The translations under genes and the position numbers were made by a program. From positions 69,249 to 133,248 of the forward strand of contig CAZVBO010000001.1 in assembly GCA_964625685.1 (NCBI GenBank): DNA of 64,000 nt, read 5' to 3'. Source of the DNA: an uncultured Pseudomonadales bacterium. Lineage in GTDB: Bacteria > Patescibacteriota > Microgenomatia > UBA1400 > PJMF01. The notes beneath the pieces were generated by a model. The model saw only the letters and a list, made by a program, of their open reading frames with translations. It had not been told where the DNA came from and did no database searches. This document shows, piece after piece, positions 9,512 to 19,413 of this stretch. Each line of letters opens with the position of its first letter. The first letter of the stretch is position 1.

Positions 9512-10293
9512 TGAATACGGAGACTGTTTTTCATGGATATGGGTTAATTATTGGTCTTGCTTTAGTAATTGGATGGCAGCTGGCGGAGTATCAACTTCAT
9601 CGTCATCAAGCTCACTTCAAGTATCTCAATAAAATCGGATTATTCCTTTTTATCTGTGGTCTGGCGGGTGCACGAATCTGGCATGTGATGACTGAATGGC
9701 CATACTACCGCGCACACTTATTACAAGTGGGTTTGGTTTGGGATGGTGGTTTAAGTATTTTGGGAGCAATAGGAGGTGGTGTGTTAGGTTTGGGATTAGG
9801 TCTTCGCTGGAAATGGCTAACTCGTTTGCAAGCTGTATCTATTCTTGATGCCACCGCTCTCAGTTTGCCATTTGCTCAGGCTATAGGTAGATGGGGGAAT
9901 TATCTGAATCAAGAATTATATGGTTTGCCTAGTCACCTTCCTTGGGCTATTTACATTGATCCTATTCATCGAATGTCTGGATATGAAAATATCCAGTATT
10001 ACCATCCTTTATTTTTGTATGAGAGTAGTTTGTTGATTGTATTTGCTTTTTTGATGTGGGGGTGGGACTGGTATCAGCAACAGAGACAAAAAGCTCGCTT
10101 TGGCACTGGCAACTACTTTCTTATCTATATGAGTTATTATTGTTTAATTCGATTTGGGCTTGATTTCCTAAGGATTGATAAAAGAATGTTTTTTGACACT
10201 TGGTTGGGGGTGAATCAGGTGGTTTTGTTGGGAGTGTTTGTTGGTTGTTGGGTAATGTTTCAAAAGAAAAAGTCAAAAAAGTTTAAAGATTAA
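9511..10293 (+). CDS. lgt: prolipoprotein diacylglyceryl transferase
   Basis: Lgt signatures GARIWHV and AQAIGRWGNYLNQELYG are present in a polytopic protein. The start overlaps the nagZ stop (TAATG). Confidence 0.85.
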   Translation: MNTETVFHGYGLIIGLALVIGWQLAEYQLHRHQAHFKYLNKIGLFLFICGLAGARIWHVMTEWPYYRAHLLQVGLVWDGGLSILGAIGGGVLGLGLGLRWKWLTRLQAVSILDATALSLPFAQAIGRWGNYLNQELYGLPSHLPWAIYIDPIHRMSGYENIQYYHPLFLYESSLLIVFAFLMWGWDWYQQQRQKARFGTGNYFLIYMSYYCLIRFGLDFLRIDKRMFFDTWLGVNQVVLLGVFVGCWVMFQKKKSKKFKD

Positions 10294-10316
10294 AGAAGAA
10301 AAATAATACTACCGTC

Positions 10317-10348
10317 ATTCCAGATCGAGTCTAACTCGATTCTGGAAT
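10317..10348 (+). terminator. Near-perfect 14-bp hairpin downstream of lgt (attccagatcgagt cta actcgattctggaat); weak T-tract
   Basis: The inverted repeat is visible directly. It shares the GAGTC-N-GACTC core with hairpins at 56393-56419 and 61964-61978. Confidence 0.4.
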
Positions 10349-10454
10349 CTTTAACAATGTAGCTCAGTTTTCCAGATCCCCGCGTTCGCGAGGATGACGT
10401 AAACGTGGCTTTTGGTTTTCGGTTTTTGGCTTCTTCATTTATACTGGTCGTATC

Positions 10455-10970
10455 ATGAAATCTCTCTCGTTATTTTTTCAGAAGCGATTCTCGTTAATCA
10501 CCCTGGTTGTATTGATTACCATATTAGGAGTTGTTGGCTGGTGGCAAAGCAGTCGCTCGACTAAACAAATTTCCTTGAACCAACTTCAAAACCATCAAAT
10601 TGTTCCGGTAATTTTGGGAGAGCAAAAACTTATGGTAGAAATTGTCAAAACTCCTCAGAGTATTTCTCAAGGTTTGAGTGGTAGAACAACTTTGGGAAGT
10701 GATGGAATGCTGTTTTTTCTCCCAGAAACTCAAGTAGCTCATTTTTGGATGAAAGAGATGCAGTTTGGCCTTGACTTTATCTGGTTAAAGGACCAACAAG
10801 TGGTGGATCTGACTCTCAATGTGCCTCCGCCTGATCCAGTTACTCCCTTATCTCAACTTCCTGTCTATTCTCCTAATACTCCAGTTGATATGGTGTTGGA
10901 AGTTGAAGCTGGTCGGGTAAATCAATGGCAAATTGAGAGAGGTGACCTTCTGCATTTTCTCTTGAAATGA
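10455..10970 (+). CDS. DUF192 domain protein (COG1430) with N-terminal signal/anchor
   Basis: The segment GMLFFLPETQVAHFWMKEMQFGLDFIWL matches the conserved DUF192 core. Confidence 0.65.
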   Translation: MKSLSLFFQKRFSLITLVVLITILGVVGWWQSSRSTKQISLNQLQNHQIVPVILGEQKLMVEIVKTPQSISQGLSGRTTLGSDGMLFFLPETQVAHFWMKEMQFGLDFIWLKDQQVVDLTLNVPPPDPVTPLSQLPVYSPNTPVDMVLEVEAGRVNQWQIERGDLLHFLLK

Positions 10971-10982
10971 TATGATATTGTT

Positions 10983-11693
10983 ATGTCAGCGACTGCCCAC
11001 AGTGATTTTTGGAAAAAGATGAATGGTGCTTTTTCAGGTTCAGCTGGAACTACATCATCGCCTGTCTCTTCAAAAGTTCTCCTTCAAGTTCAGCCAGCAG
11101 TTGATCCTACAACTCAGGGTCAGGCGCTCGATGTGTTGGATCAAGTATTAACTGAAGTGGAACAACAGCTTCCAGCTTCTACTTCTCAAACAGATGTGGT
11201 TTCTCAAGTTCCTAACCAACCATCTCCAGATCCATTGGCTAGTATGGCTCAGGTGATGCCGCAAACTATCTCTCAAGCTACGGATACACTCAATCCTACC
11301 GCAGCCGCTTTGCCCGCCAAAGAAAAGTTTACTGAAGGGATGTCCGCTAATATTACTACGGAAGTAGCGGGAAATTCTGGTCCTGTAGAAACTGAGCCAC
11401 CTCGGGAAATGGAAATGCCAGTCGAGGTTGAGTCTTATCTCCAAAAAGTGGATAATAATCCAACACAACTTCCTCAAGAAATCGTGGTAGCAGATGATGG
11501 GCAAACAGTTCATACCAAGGCTTTTCCCAAGCAACCCGTAATTGTATTACCGCTGACTGAGGAACAAATTGAACAAGGAAAGAAGAAATCACTTCATTTT
11601 AGTATTCGGTGGCTGGTTGAATGGAGTGAAAAAATTATGAAAATGTTTAGTGGTAAAGTTATTTATCGACAAGCAGAAGAATCCAGTTCGTAA
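10983..11693 (+). CDS. hypothetical acidic, Ser/Thr/Pro/Gln-rich (predicted disordered) protein
   Basis: This 236-aa ORF is low-complexity and its stop lies 1 nt before the ATPase start at 11695 (TAATATG). Antisense ORFs on the minus strand were judged spurious. Confidence 0.4.
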   Translation: MSATAHSDFWKKMNGAFSGSAGTTSSPVSSKVLLQVQPAVDPTTQGQALDVLDQVLTEVEQQLPASTSQTDVVSQVPNQPSPDPLASMAQVMPQTISQATDTLNPTAAALPAKEKFTEGMSANITTEVAGNSGPVETEPPREMEMPVEVESYLQKVDNNPTQLPQEIVVADDGQTVHTKAFPKQPVIVLPLTEEQIEQGKKKSLHFSIRWLVEWSEKIMKMFSGKVIYRQAEESSS

Positions 11694-11694
11694 T

Positions 11695-14034
11695 ATGCAA
11701 ATGGCAAATCCAGATCTTCTTCTAGCAAAATTGGTGACATGGCTGTTTTCAGCGGTAATAGTGTTGGGTCTGCTCTTAATTGTGGCACTCTGTTTTTATT
11801 TACTTTTTCAATGGTTTAAGCATCGCAATCGTGAATCATATGCTCTTGATTTTGTAACTCTGCTTATTCGATTGCCTCGTGATAATGAGATTAAGATTGA
11901 TGCTGCCGAACAAATGTTTTCGGCTCTCTACTCGTTGAAGAAAAAAGGATGGTTTTCGTGGATGAAAGCTGAGGATATGTTTGCTTTTGAGATTGTAGCT
12001 CTTAAGGAAGATATTGCCTTTTATGTGAGTTGCCCTCGGAAATTGCGGGACATGGTGGAAAAGCAGATCAATGGGGCTTATCCAATGGCTGAGATTAAAG
12101 AAGTAGATGAAGTGAATATTTTTTCAGAGAATGGAAAAGTTGAGTTCACTTCTATTAAACTAGACAAAGCTAATTATTTCCCTCTAAAAACATATAAAGA
12201 ATTACCAACTGATGGTTTATCTCTGGTTACTTCGGCTCTGTCGAAATTGAGTGATGGAGAAGGAGCCATGATTCAAGTTTTGATTCAACCTGCTTCAAAG
12301 AAGTGGCAGAAGCAAGGGCGATCCTATGTAGCTAACGAGAAAAAACGAGAAGCTGATCCTGAAAAAGCTACCTATGGTCATGATCCTAAAGAAATGGAAG
12401 CAGTGACGGGCAAGACGGAAAAACCTGGGTTTCAAGTCTCTATCAGAATTGTGGTTTCGTCACCCAATGAGTACTCGGCTCAATCGCACTTAAGTAACAT
12501 TGTAGGTGCTTTTGCTCAATTCGGTTCTGCTTATAACTCTTTCAAGCGCAATAAAGTTATCTTAAAACACTTCTTTATGATTGATTTTATTTATCGGTAT
12601 ATGCCTATGTTTGGACGGGGAACCTCAGTTCTCAGTTCAGAAGAGTTGGCTACTATCTTTCACCTACCCAATAAAACTGTCGAAACTCATCATATCCAGT
12701 GGTTAAATGCCAAAAATGCACCGGCTCCGAATAATATTCCCAACGATGGTCTTTTCTTGGGGACCTCTGTTTACCGAGGGGAAAGACGCAATATTTACAT
12801 TGGAACCAATGACCGGCGTCGTCACATGTATATTGTAGGAAAGACTGGTACGGGTAAATCTGAGTTTCTGAAAGAGATGATTTTACAAGATATTGAAAAG
12901 GGAAATGGAGTCTGCGCGATTGACCCACACGGTGAATTTGTGGAAGATATTTTACAGTTAATGCCACCCGAAAGAGCAGAAGATGTTATTTACTTCAATC
13001 CTTCAGATTTAGATCGACCTATGGGGATGAATATGATGGAAGCAGATACCGAAGAGCAGCAACATTTTGTGGTCAGTTCAGTTATTGGATTGATGTACAA
13101 ATTGTATGATCCTCATCGCACTGGGATTATTGGACCCCGGTTTGAACATGCCATTCGAAATGCTATGTTGACTATTATGTCACGCGAGGGGGGAACCTTT
13201 ATTGAAATGGTTCGGGTGTTAACGGATCAGAAATTTGTGGAAGAATTATTACCCTATGTCAAAGATCCGGTGGTTAAACGCTACTGGACTGATCAAATTG
13301 CTCAAACCTCTGATTTTCATAAATCAGAAGTCTTAGACTATATTGTGTCAAAATTTGGTCGGTTTGTGACCAATAAAACCATGCGTAATATTATTGGTCA
13401 ACAAAAAAGTGCCTTTAATTTCCGCAAAGCGATGGATGAGAAAAAGATTATTTTATGTAACTTATCCAAAGGTATTTTAGGTGAAGAAGATGCTAAATTT
13501 TTAGGATTAATTTTGGTCCCGAAAGTACTAACAGCTGCCATGAGTCGTCAGGATGTGCCAATGGAACAACGGCATGATTTTTATCTCTATGTCGATGAGT
13601 TCCAGAACTATGCAACGGAAGATTTTGCGGTTATTTTGGCTGAGGCTCGTAAGTATCGTCTTAATTTGATTGTAGCTAACCAGTATATTGGTCAAATTGA
13701 TGAGGAAGTTAAAAACGCCGTTTTTGGTAACGTAGGAACGATGGTATCTTTCCGAGTAGGAGTAACTGACGCAAACTTTTTGCAACATGAATTTGCACCC
13801 GTGTTTAATGATCATGATCTAGCAAATGTTGAGAAATATCATGTATATATTAAAACTATTGTCAATAATGAACCAGTCCCAGCCTTTAGTATGTCATTGG
13901 AGAAGGATATGGATATAGTTCAAGCGCGGATGAACCCTAAGTTAGCTGAAATGATCAAACAACTTTCTCGCTTAAAATATGGTCGAGATCGGCAATCAGT
14001 TGAAGAAGAAATGGCGGTGAGAGCAAGATTGTAA
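11695..14034 (+). CDS. VirD4/TraD/TraG-like type IV secretion coupling-protein-family P-loop ATPase with N-terminal TM anchor
   Basis: Walker A GKTGTGKSEF is followed by CAIDPHGEF. A Walker B-like YLYVDEFQNY is followed by EARKYRLNLIVANQYIGQI. The N-terminal TM helix is LVTWLFSAVIVLGLLLIVALCFYLLF. Confidence 0.55.
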   Translation: MQMANPDLLLAKLVTWLFSAVIVLGLLLIVALCFYLLFQWFKHRNRESYALDFVTLLIRLPRDNEIKIDAAEQMFSALYSLKKKGWFSWMKAEDMFAFEIVALKEDIAFYVSCPRKLRDMVEKQINGAYPMAEIKEVDEVNIFSENGKVEFTSIKLDKANYFPLKTYKELPTDGLSLVTSALSKLSDGEGAMIQVLIQPASKKWQKQGRSYVANEKKREADPEKATYGHDPKEMEAVTGKTEKPGFQVSIRIVVSSPNEYSAQSHLSNIVGAFAQFGSAYNSFKRNKVILKHFFMIDFIYRYMPMFGRGTSVLSSEELATIFHLPNKTVETHHIQWLNAKNAPAPNNIPNDGLFLGTSVYRGERRNIYIGTNDRRRHMYIVGKTGTGKSEFLKEMILQDIEKGNGVCAIDPHGEFVEDILQLMPPERAEDVIYFNPSDLDRPMGMNMMEADTEEQQHFVVSSVIGLMYKLYDPHRTGIIGPRFEHAIRNAMLTIMSREGGTFIEMVRVLTDQKFVEELLPYVKDPVVKRYWTDQIAQTSDFHKSEVLDYIVSKFGRFVTNKTMRNIIGQQKSAFNFRKAMDEKKIILCNLSKGILGEEDAKFLGLILVPKVLTAAMSRQDVPMEQRHDFYLYVDEFQNYATEDFAVILAEARKYRLNLIVANQYIGQIDEEVKNAVFGNVGTMVSFRVGVTDANFLQHEFAPVFNDHDLANVEKYHVYIKTIVNNEPVPAFSMSLEKDMDIVQARMNPKLAEMIKQLSRLKYGRDRQSVEEEMAVRARL

Positions 14035-14042
14035 AGTCTTAC

Positions 14043-15818
14043 TTATCTTAACGTATCAGATAGCAGTTGGTAGTTAATAACAGATACGGGAACAAGACTA
14101 TTTTCACTAGAGTTCGGATCAAAAATTGTAGAATCAATGTTAAGTTGATCAGTATATTTTGAAATTTCTATAGGAAGGTCTGTGATAAGTCTAGTTTTTT
14201 GTTCTGTTAGAGAAAGTAATTTATAGTCATCTCGATTTAGTAATTGTTGGGCAATCAATAAAAGTATTCCTCCCAAAGCTCCTGATGATTCACTACTACT
14301 TTCAAAATCATTTCTATCGAAGTAAATATCAGGACGATAAGAAGAAGCTTGGTTGGTACTTATATAAAATCCGACTAGGATTAAATTGGGTGGTTTTATC
14401 TCTCCCTCCAACTCAAGCTGTTTCATAGCTTGGTCGAAGAAACTACCATAGTTTCCAGCCGCAGCTACAATAAGCTTGTCGGGGTTATGAGAAGCAACAT
14501 AGTACATGTCTTTGAGACCTTGATATGCATTTTCTCCTTGATAGCCCTCAGTGATGTTGGGCAGAGGATGTTCATTCTGTGTTAAAACTGGCTGGAGTTG
14601 ATCATATTGTTCTTGGGTGAGCAAATCACTAGCGGTGATTTGTTTTCGTACAGTTAACTGGGCAGGGAATTGGGCCTCATTACTTTGATCATACTCAAGT
14701 TGCGCCAAATTCCTCATGATTCGAGGATTGGCCCGACTCATTCTCTGATAGTACCCGCTTTCCTGACCTAACGTTTGATATTGATACTTGTCTTTATCAA
14801 AAAACTCAGTTGGAAGAAGTTCAGTGTATTCACGAATTGATAAAAAGGGGCTTTGTGCCAAAAGATGCTGATACTCAGGGTTATCAGAGGTAATTATCTC
14901 GGTTTGTGCAACTGAATACCATTCGCCATCTTGACCATAATCAGAATTTAAAGTTGTTTCAATTTGAGCGACATGATCTCCAGCAGTCGCGTGTCCTGGC
15001 TGAGTAGCTAAATTTTGGGCAGAGTCTTGAATAGAAGTTTCGAGTGAACCATCAGCAAAGAATAATAGTTCTTCTGGAGAATAGAGTGTTTCTCCCTGAA
15101 TGGAATATTCTATATAAGTCTGTTTGGGGTCACGTTCTGATTGTAGTTGGAGGGAAATTGAGTTTTTACCCATTAAAAAGGGTAAAACTGCAATAAATTG
15201 ATCAGCTTTTTGTAAAAAATTTGAGACTAACTCGGGACTAAGGCTGAATGACAAGATAGGATTCCCAAACGAATCGCGGTTAAATTTTGCTTCTCGAATT
15301 GCGTTTTCCACTGGGTAAACTGGCGACGGGGCAAGTTCTCTGCTGCCTCCCAGATCTCGTAAAACCGAATCAGTTACTACTTGTACCACTTGATTATGTG
15401 AAGCATAGGTTTTTTTAATTGAGGCAAGAAGTTGCGTGAGAGCATACTGATCATCAGAAAGAAGCCTCTCTTGATCTATAGGTTGATCTGGTTGCAGATT
15501 TTCTAAATCAAGAGCTAGACTCATTTGAGAATTGAGGAATTCAACCAAATTTTTTGTTACTTCTGATGAAATATCAAGGTAACTAATCCATTCATCTTTT
15601 GGTAACTCTAATTCTGGGGTGCGGGGTGCTTGTTCTAGTTTTGCAGCAGAGACTGGTCTTGTATCTCTTGGGAGCACGGCTTCTCCCGCTACAATTCCCA
15701 TGATTTTTAAAAAATTTCTTCGGGTTACTCCATTGAATAATTTTCGAGTTTTTCCTTCAAATGTTGGTTTCTGAGGTTTACAGTCAGTTTTTGGAGGAAA
15801 AGAAGTTTCGTTAGTCAT
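14043..15818 (-). CDS. hypothetical secreted protein with twin-arginine (Tat) signal
   Basis: The N-region is followed by TRRNFLKIMGIVAGEAVLP, an exact S/T-R-R-x-F-L-K Tat consensus plus a hydrophobic h-region. No catalytic motif was recognised. Confidence 0.5.
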   Translation of the reverse strand: MTNETSFPPKTDCKPQKPTFEGKTRKLFNGVTRRNFLKIMGIVAGEAVLPRDTRPVSAAKLEQAPRTPELELPKDEWISYLDISSEVTKNLVEFLNSQMSLALDLENLQPDQPIDQERLLSDDQYALTQLLASIKKTYASHNQVVQVVTDSVLRDLGGSRELAPSPVYPVENAIREAKFNRDSFGNPILSFSLSPELVSNFLQKADQFIAVLPFLMGKNSISLQLQSERDPKQTYIEYSIQGETLYSPEELLFFADGSLETSIQDSAQNLATQPGHATAGDHVAQIETTLNSDYGQDGEWYSVAQTEIITSDNPEYQHLLAQSPFLSIREYTELLPTEFFDKDKYQYQTLGQESGYYQRMSRANPRIMRNLAQLEYDQSNEAQFPAQLTVRKQITASDLLTQEQYDQLQPVLTQNEHPLPNITEGYQGENAYQGLKDMYYVASHNPDKLIVAAAGNYGSFFDQAMKQLELEGEIKPPNLILVGFYISTNQASSYRPDIYFDRNDFESSSESSGALGGILLLIAQQLLNRDDYKLLSLTEQKTRLITDLPIEISKYTDQLNIDSTIFDPNSSENSLVPVSVINYQLLSDTLR

Positions 15819-16165
15819 TATCGCTGCTCATACGAATCTACTACTTGTTTACAATAGAGGTATTTCCCGTAATCAATTGCTTTTTCGCCTAAGTTTTTTT
15901 CTTTTTCTTGATCATTGACTTGAATACTGTCACCTAATACTTTTTGAGAGTGAGCCGCTACATCTTGAGCCCGAGAGGAGAGATTTTCAACTTGTTGTTG
16001 GGCATCTTCGGCTAGAGGTTGCCACTGAGTGTGTTTGACGGGAATAAGCTGAGTAATCTGATTGGCTAATTCTGCAGCAGAAACTTTACCCATTTTATCC
16101 AGTACGAAGATACTCACCCCAATCAGAATTACTAAAACCAGAGTAATACTCAAAAGTTTTCTCAT
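15818..16165 (-). CDS. hypothetical small membrane-anchored protein
   Basis: An N-terminal TM segment (LLSITLVLVILIGVSIFVL) is present, and the ORF lies in an operon with the efflux genes. Confidence 0.4.
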   Translation of the reverse strand: MRKLLSITLVLVILIGVSIFVLDKMGKVSAAELANQITQLIPVKHTQWQPLAEDAQQQVENLSSRAQDVAAHSQKVLGDSIQVNDQEKEKNLGEKAIDYGKYLYCKQVVDSYEQR

Positions 16166-16353
16166 ATATTAGACTTGCAGTAAAATAATTCAAATTGTTC
16201 TGAAAGTATGTCTTTGAGTTTTTTCATTTCTTTTTTCTCCTCAAGTATACACAGTTACTATCGTCTAAAAAAGATTTGAAAAATTCTCAAATATGTATCT
16301 TCCAGTTCCAATTTTTTATTTCACTACAAGTCTGTTAAGAATAGCACATTTAG

Positions 16354-17562
16354 TTACTCGTAACGCAGTGCTTCAATGGGGGATAGGTCAGCAGCTCGTT
16401 TAGCAGGTGCAGCTCCAAACACTAATCCCACTACTGTCGAAACGCCAAAGGCTAGGGTGACTGCTTCCCAGGTGACTTTGACCGGGAAATAAATTTGTAA
16501 CGCTAAGGAACCTAAATAGGCAATACCTAAGCCAATCAATCCGCCAAAGACCGATAAGAGGGCTGCTTCGATCAGAAATTGAGCCAAAATGGTGTTTGGA
16601 GTAGCACCAAGTGCTTTTCTCAGTCCAATTTCACGAGTACGCTCCGTAACTGAGACCAACATAATATTCATGATTCCAATGCCACCCACAACTAGAGAAA
16701 TGGCCGCAATTCCACCCAAACTAATAGTCAGCACTCCTAAAATTTGATTGATGGTATCAAGAATTTGGGTTTGATCGAAAACGCTAAATTCATCTTCATC
16801 TAATTCTTTTTCCAGTGTTTTTTCCACTGCCTTTTTAGCTTGAGAAATCTCATCCTTACTACGAACTTCGACCAGGATGTTATCGATTAATTCAAAGTTG
16901 AAGTCACTAAACAGGGTATGAAGTGGCACGTAGATGTAATTATCGAAACTTGGTCCTCCAAAACCGCCACCTTTTTCTTCAAGAACTCCCAGAACTTCAT
17001 AACTTTTGCCTTCAATTTTAATTTCTTTATGTACTGGATCAACATCACCAAATAATTCTTCCGCAATTTTTTCCCCCAAAAGGACTACTCGTGCTTTTTT
17101 ATCATCATCAAGCTCAGTGAACCACTCTCCAGTGGCCGCATTAAAATTTTGGATTTCATGATAAGAAGCGGTTGCCCCAATAATAGTAGTTTTTTTAGTA
17201 GTTTCTCGATATTTTGTTTCTCCGACATTCACGGCACTGATAGCTCCGTTTTTAAGCAAATCACGATTATTTCTGAGAATGAGATCTAAATAACGTTCTT
17301 TGAGAACTGGTTTGGTGCTTTCAATCACACTTTCTTGACCTGAAAAACCGCCATTTTCACCAAATGGATTTCCCGGAACAATATAGAGAATATTACTCCC
17401 TAAACTGGCAAATTGATCCTCTACATAGCTTTGTAAGCCAGTACCAATACTAGTCAATAATACTACCGAACCCACTCCAATAATGACACCCAACATAGTG
17501 AGAAAAGAACGACTTTTATTGTTTAACAAAGCCCTGACAGCAATATAAAAAGTAGTTTTCAT
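16354..17562 (-). CDS. ABC transporter permease, FtsX/MacB family
   Basis: The N-terminal TM, large periplasmic loop and C-terminal 3-TM FtsX domain are all present, including ...RTREIGLRKALGAT... The ORF overlaps the upstream ATPase gene by 4 nt. Confidence 0.85.
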   Translation of the reverse strand: MKTTFYIAVRALLNNKSRSFLTMLGVIIGVGSVVLLTSIGTGLQSYVEDQFASLGSNILYIVPGNPFGENGGFSGQESVIESTKPVLKERYLDLILRNNRDLLKNGAISAVNVGETKYRETTKKTTIIGATASYHEIQNFNAATGEWFTELDDDKKARVVLLGEKIAEELFGDVDPVHKEIKIEGKSYEVLGVLEEKGGGFGGPSFDNYIYVPLHTLFSDFNFELIDNILVEVRSKDEISQAKKAVEKTLEKELDEDEFSVFDQTQILDTINQILGVLTISLGGIAAISLVVGGIGIMNIMLVSVTERTREIGLRKALGATPNTILAQFLIEAALLSVFGGLIGLGIAYLGSLALQIYFPVKVTWEAVTLAFGVSTVVGLVFGAAPAKRAADLSPIEALRYE

Positions 17563-18281
17563 GATCGATGCTTTTTCAAGATTTTATCAATATCTTTCAA
17601 ACCGTTAATAGTTTCATCAGCGCGGATAACCCCATCGCGTAAGAGTAAAAATCGTTTAGCAATGCTCGCATCATCAGCCTCGTGTGTGACCATAATTATA
17701 GTTTTTCCTTCTGCATGAAGATCGAGTAAAAGTTGTTTAACATCTTCACTGGCTTTGGTATCTAAGTTTCCGGTGGGTTCATCTGCAAAGATAATACTGG
17801 GTTCATTAATTAAAGCTCGAGCGACCGCGACTCGCTGCTGTTGTCCTCCGGAAAGTTGAGCTGGTGTGTTGTGTAAACGATCCCCCAAGCCAACTCTTTC
17901 CAGCATAACTTGAGCGCGTCGTTTTCGAGCTGATTCGCCTACTCCAGCATAGACCAAAGGCAGGGCAACATTGTCGAGTGCCGAAGTTCGAGCTAATAAA
18001 TTAAATTGTTGAAAAATAAATCCAATTTCTTTATTTCTTAAATGGGCTCGTTCAACTTCATCATAGAGAGTGACATCTTTATCCTTGAGTAAGATTTTTC
18101 CGGAAGAGGGTTGGGCTAACATACTGGAAACTTGCAAAAAGGTAGACTTGCCAGATCCTGATGGGCCCATGACTGACATAAACTCACCTTCCGGCACCTC
18201 CAAATTGATGTCTTTAAGAGCGTGCAGGGTTTGTCCACCTAAAGTGTATTTTTTGCTAACCTGTTTGAGCGTTAATAACAT
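17559..18281 (-). CDS. ABC transporter ATP-binding protein (MacB/LolD-type)
   Basis: Walker [10 protein letters not shown], the ABC signature [10 protein letters not shown] and Walker B IIFADEPT are all present. Confidence 0.9.
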   Translation of the reverse strand: MLLTLKQVSKKYTLGGQTLHALKDINLEVPEGEFMSVMGPSGSGKSTFLQVSSMLAQPSSGKILLKDKDVTLYDEVERAHLRNKEIGFIFQQFNLLARTSALDNVALPLVYAGVGESARKRRAQVMLERVGLGDRLHNTPAQLSGGQQQRVAVARALINEPSIIFADEPTGNLDTKASEDVKQLLLDLHAEGKTIIMVTHEADDASIAKRFLLLRDGVIRADETINGLKDIDKILKKHRS

Positions 18282-18282
18282 A

Positions 18283-19335
18283 CTACTCTGGAATCAAAAC
18301 TTGGTCATCAGTGGTTAAACCAGAGGTGACTTCAATTTTGTCATCTGTTTCTAAACCGGTGGTAATTTCTCGTTCTTCATATGTATTCTCACCTGTTTTT
18401 ACATCTACATAGGTTTTATCATCCCGTTCTCGAGTGGCATCAACCGGAATGCTTAAAACCTGAGGTTTAGACTCGACAATTAAAGAAATGTCTCCATTCA
18501 TTCCAATTTTGTATTTAGTCAAATCTTGGCTTTCAATGGGAAATTCAACCACAAAAACGGTTCCAGTGGAGGATTGACTACTGGAAAATGAAATGTAATT
18601 CACTTTGGTATGAATTATTTCATCAGGATAAGCATCCAACTCCAAATCTGCGGGCTGATCCAAACTAACTTGAGAAATATCAGCCTCATCAATGGCTGCT
18701 TTAAAAATTAAAGTCTGTGGATTCACTAAATCAAACGTGTCACCAGCTGTGAGCTGGACTCCAGGAACATTCGTCGGACTTTTAATTAATACCCCGGCAA
18801 ATGGGGCATAGAGAGCATTATTTTTAATTGCAATATCTCGAATTTCTACATTCAGAACCTGGTTTTCTAAATTCCAATGTTCCTGATCTACTTGACGTTG
18901 CTCTTCCTGAGGAAGGGTTCGATCTTCGGTGTCATCTAAAGTTTGCTCCCAATCCCAGCGTTCTTTCATGTAGTTGTTGAGATCTTGTTGAAGTTGTTTT
19001 TCCAAAGCCGCTTTATCGACGGAAGCTATAGTCTGCCATTTTTTGACCCAGTCACCTTCTTTGGCGCCTAAATATACCACTTTTCCACCTGCTAAAAAGC
19101 GCATGCTAGCTTTTTCTTTAGCATCAATGATTCCGGAAACATCCAGGGTTTTAGTTAGATCTTCTACTTGGGGGTGTTCGAATGTAAGTTCAGTTTTGTT
19201 ATTTTGTTTTCGGGAAAAGTAAATTCCAACAATTCCTAGAATCACTAATACTAAAAGAACGAGTTTCCACCGTCTTTTAAGCCAGTTGAAAATATTTTTT
19301 ACTATTCGTTTCAGTTTTGACATAACCTGTATCAT
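18283..19335 (-). CDS. efflux periplasmic adaptor (membrane fusion protein, HlyD/MacA family)
   Basis: An N-terminal TM anchor, a coiled-coil region and a beta-barrel/lipoyl-like C-terminus are present, upstream of the ABC pair. The start was trimmed to ATG 19335 so that it does not run into the tRNA. Confidence 0.7.
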   Translation of the reverse strand: MIQVMSKLKRIVKNIFNWLKRRWKLVLLVLVILGIVGIYFSRKQNNKTELTFEHPQVEDLTKTLDVSGIIDAKEKASMRFLAGGKVVYLGAKEGDWVKKWQTIASVDKAALEKQLQQDLNNYMKERWDWEQTLDDTEDRTLPQEEQRQVDQEHWNLENQVLNVEIRDIAIKNNALYAPFAGVLIKSPTNVPGVQLTAGDTFDLVNPQTLIFKAAIDEADISQVSLDQPADLELDAYPDEIIHTKVNYISFSSSQSSTGTVFVVEFPIESQDLTKYKIGMNGDISLIVESKPQVLSIPVDATRERDDKTYVDVKTGENTYEEREITTGLETDDKIEVTSGLTTDDQVLIPE

Positions 19336-19413
19336 ACCAAATTTTTTCCCCTGGTAAAATCCAGAGTTTGTCTGGAGATGAAACCGATACTTACTGTTAT
19401 AATAAGTACGCTT

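Noticed and set aside
11148-11592. 128-aa and 78-aa minus-strand ORFs opposite the disordered protein gene
   Set aside because: The plus-strand 236-aa ORF is longer and is translationally coupled to the downstream ATPase (TAATATG). Either strand is low-complexity, so the call remains low-confidence.
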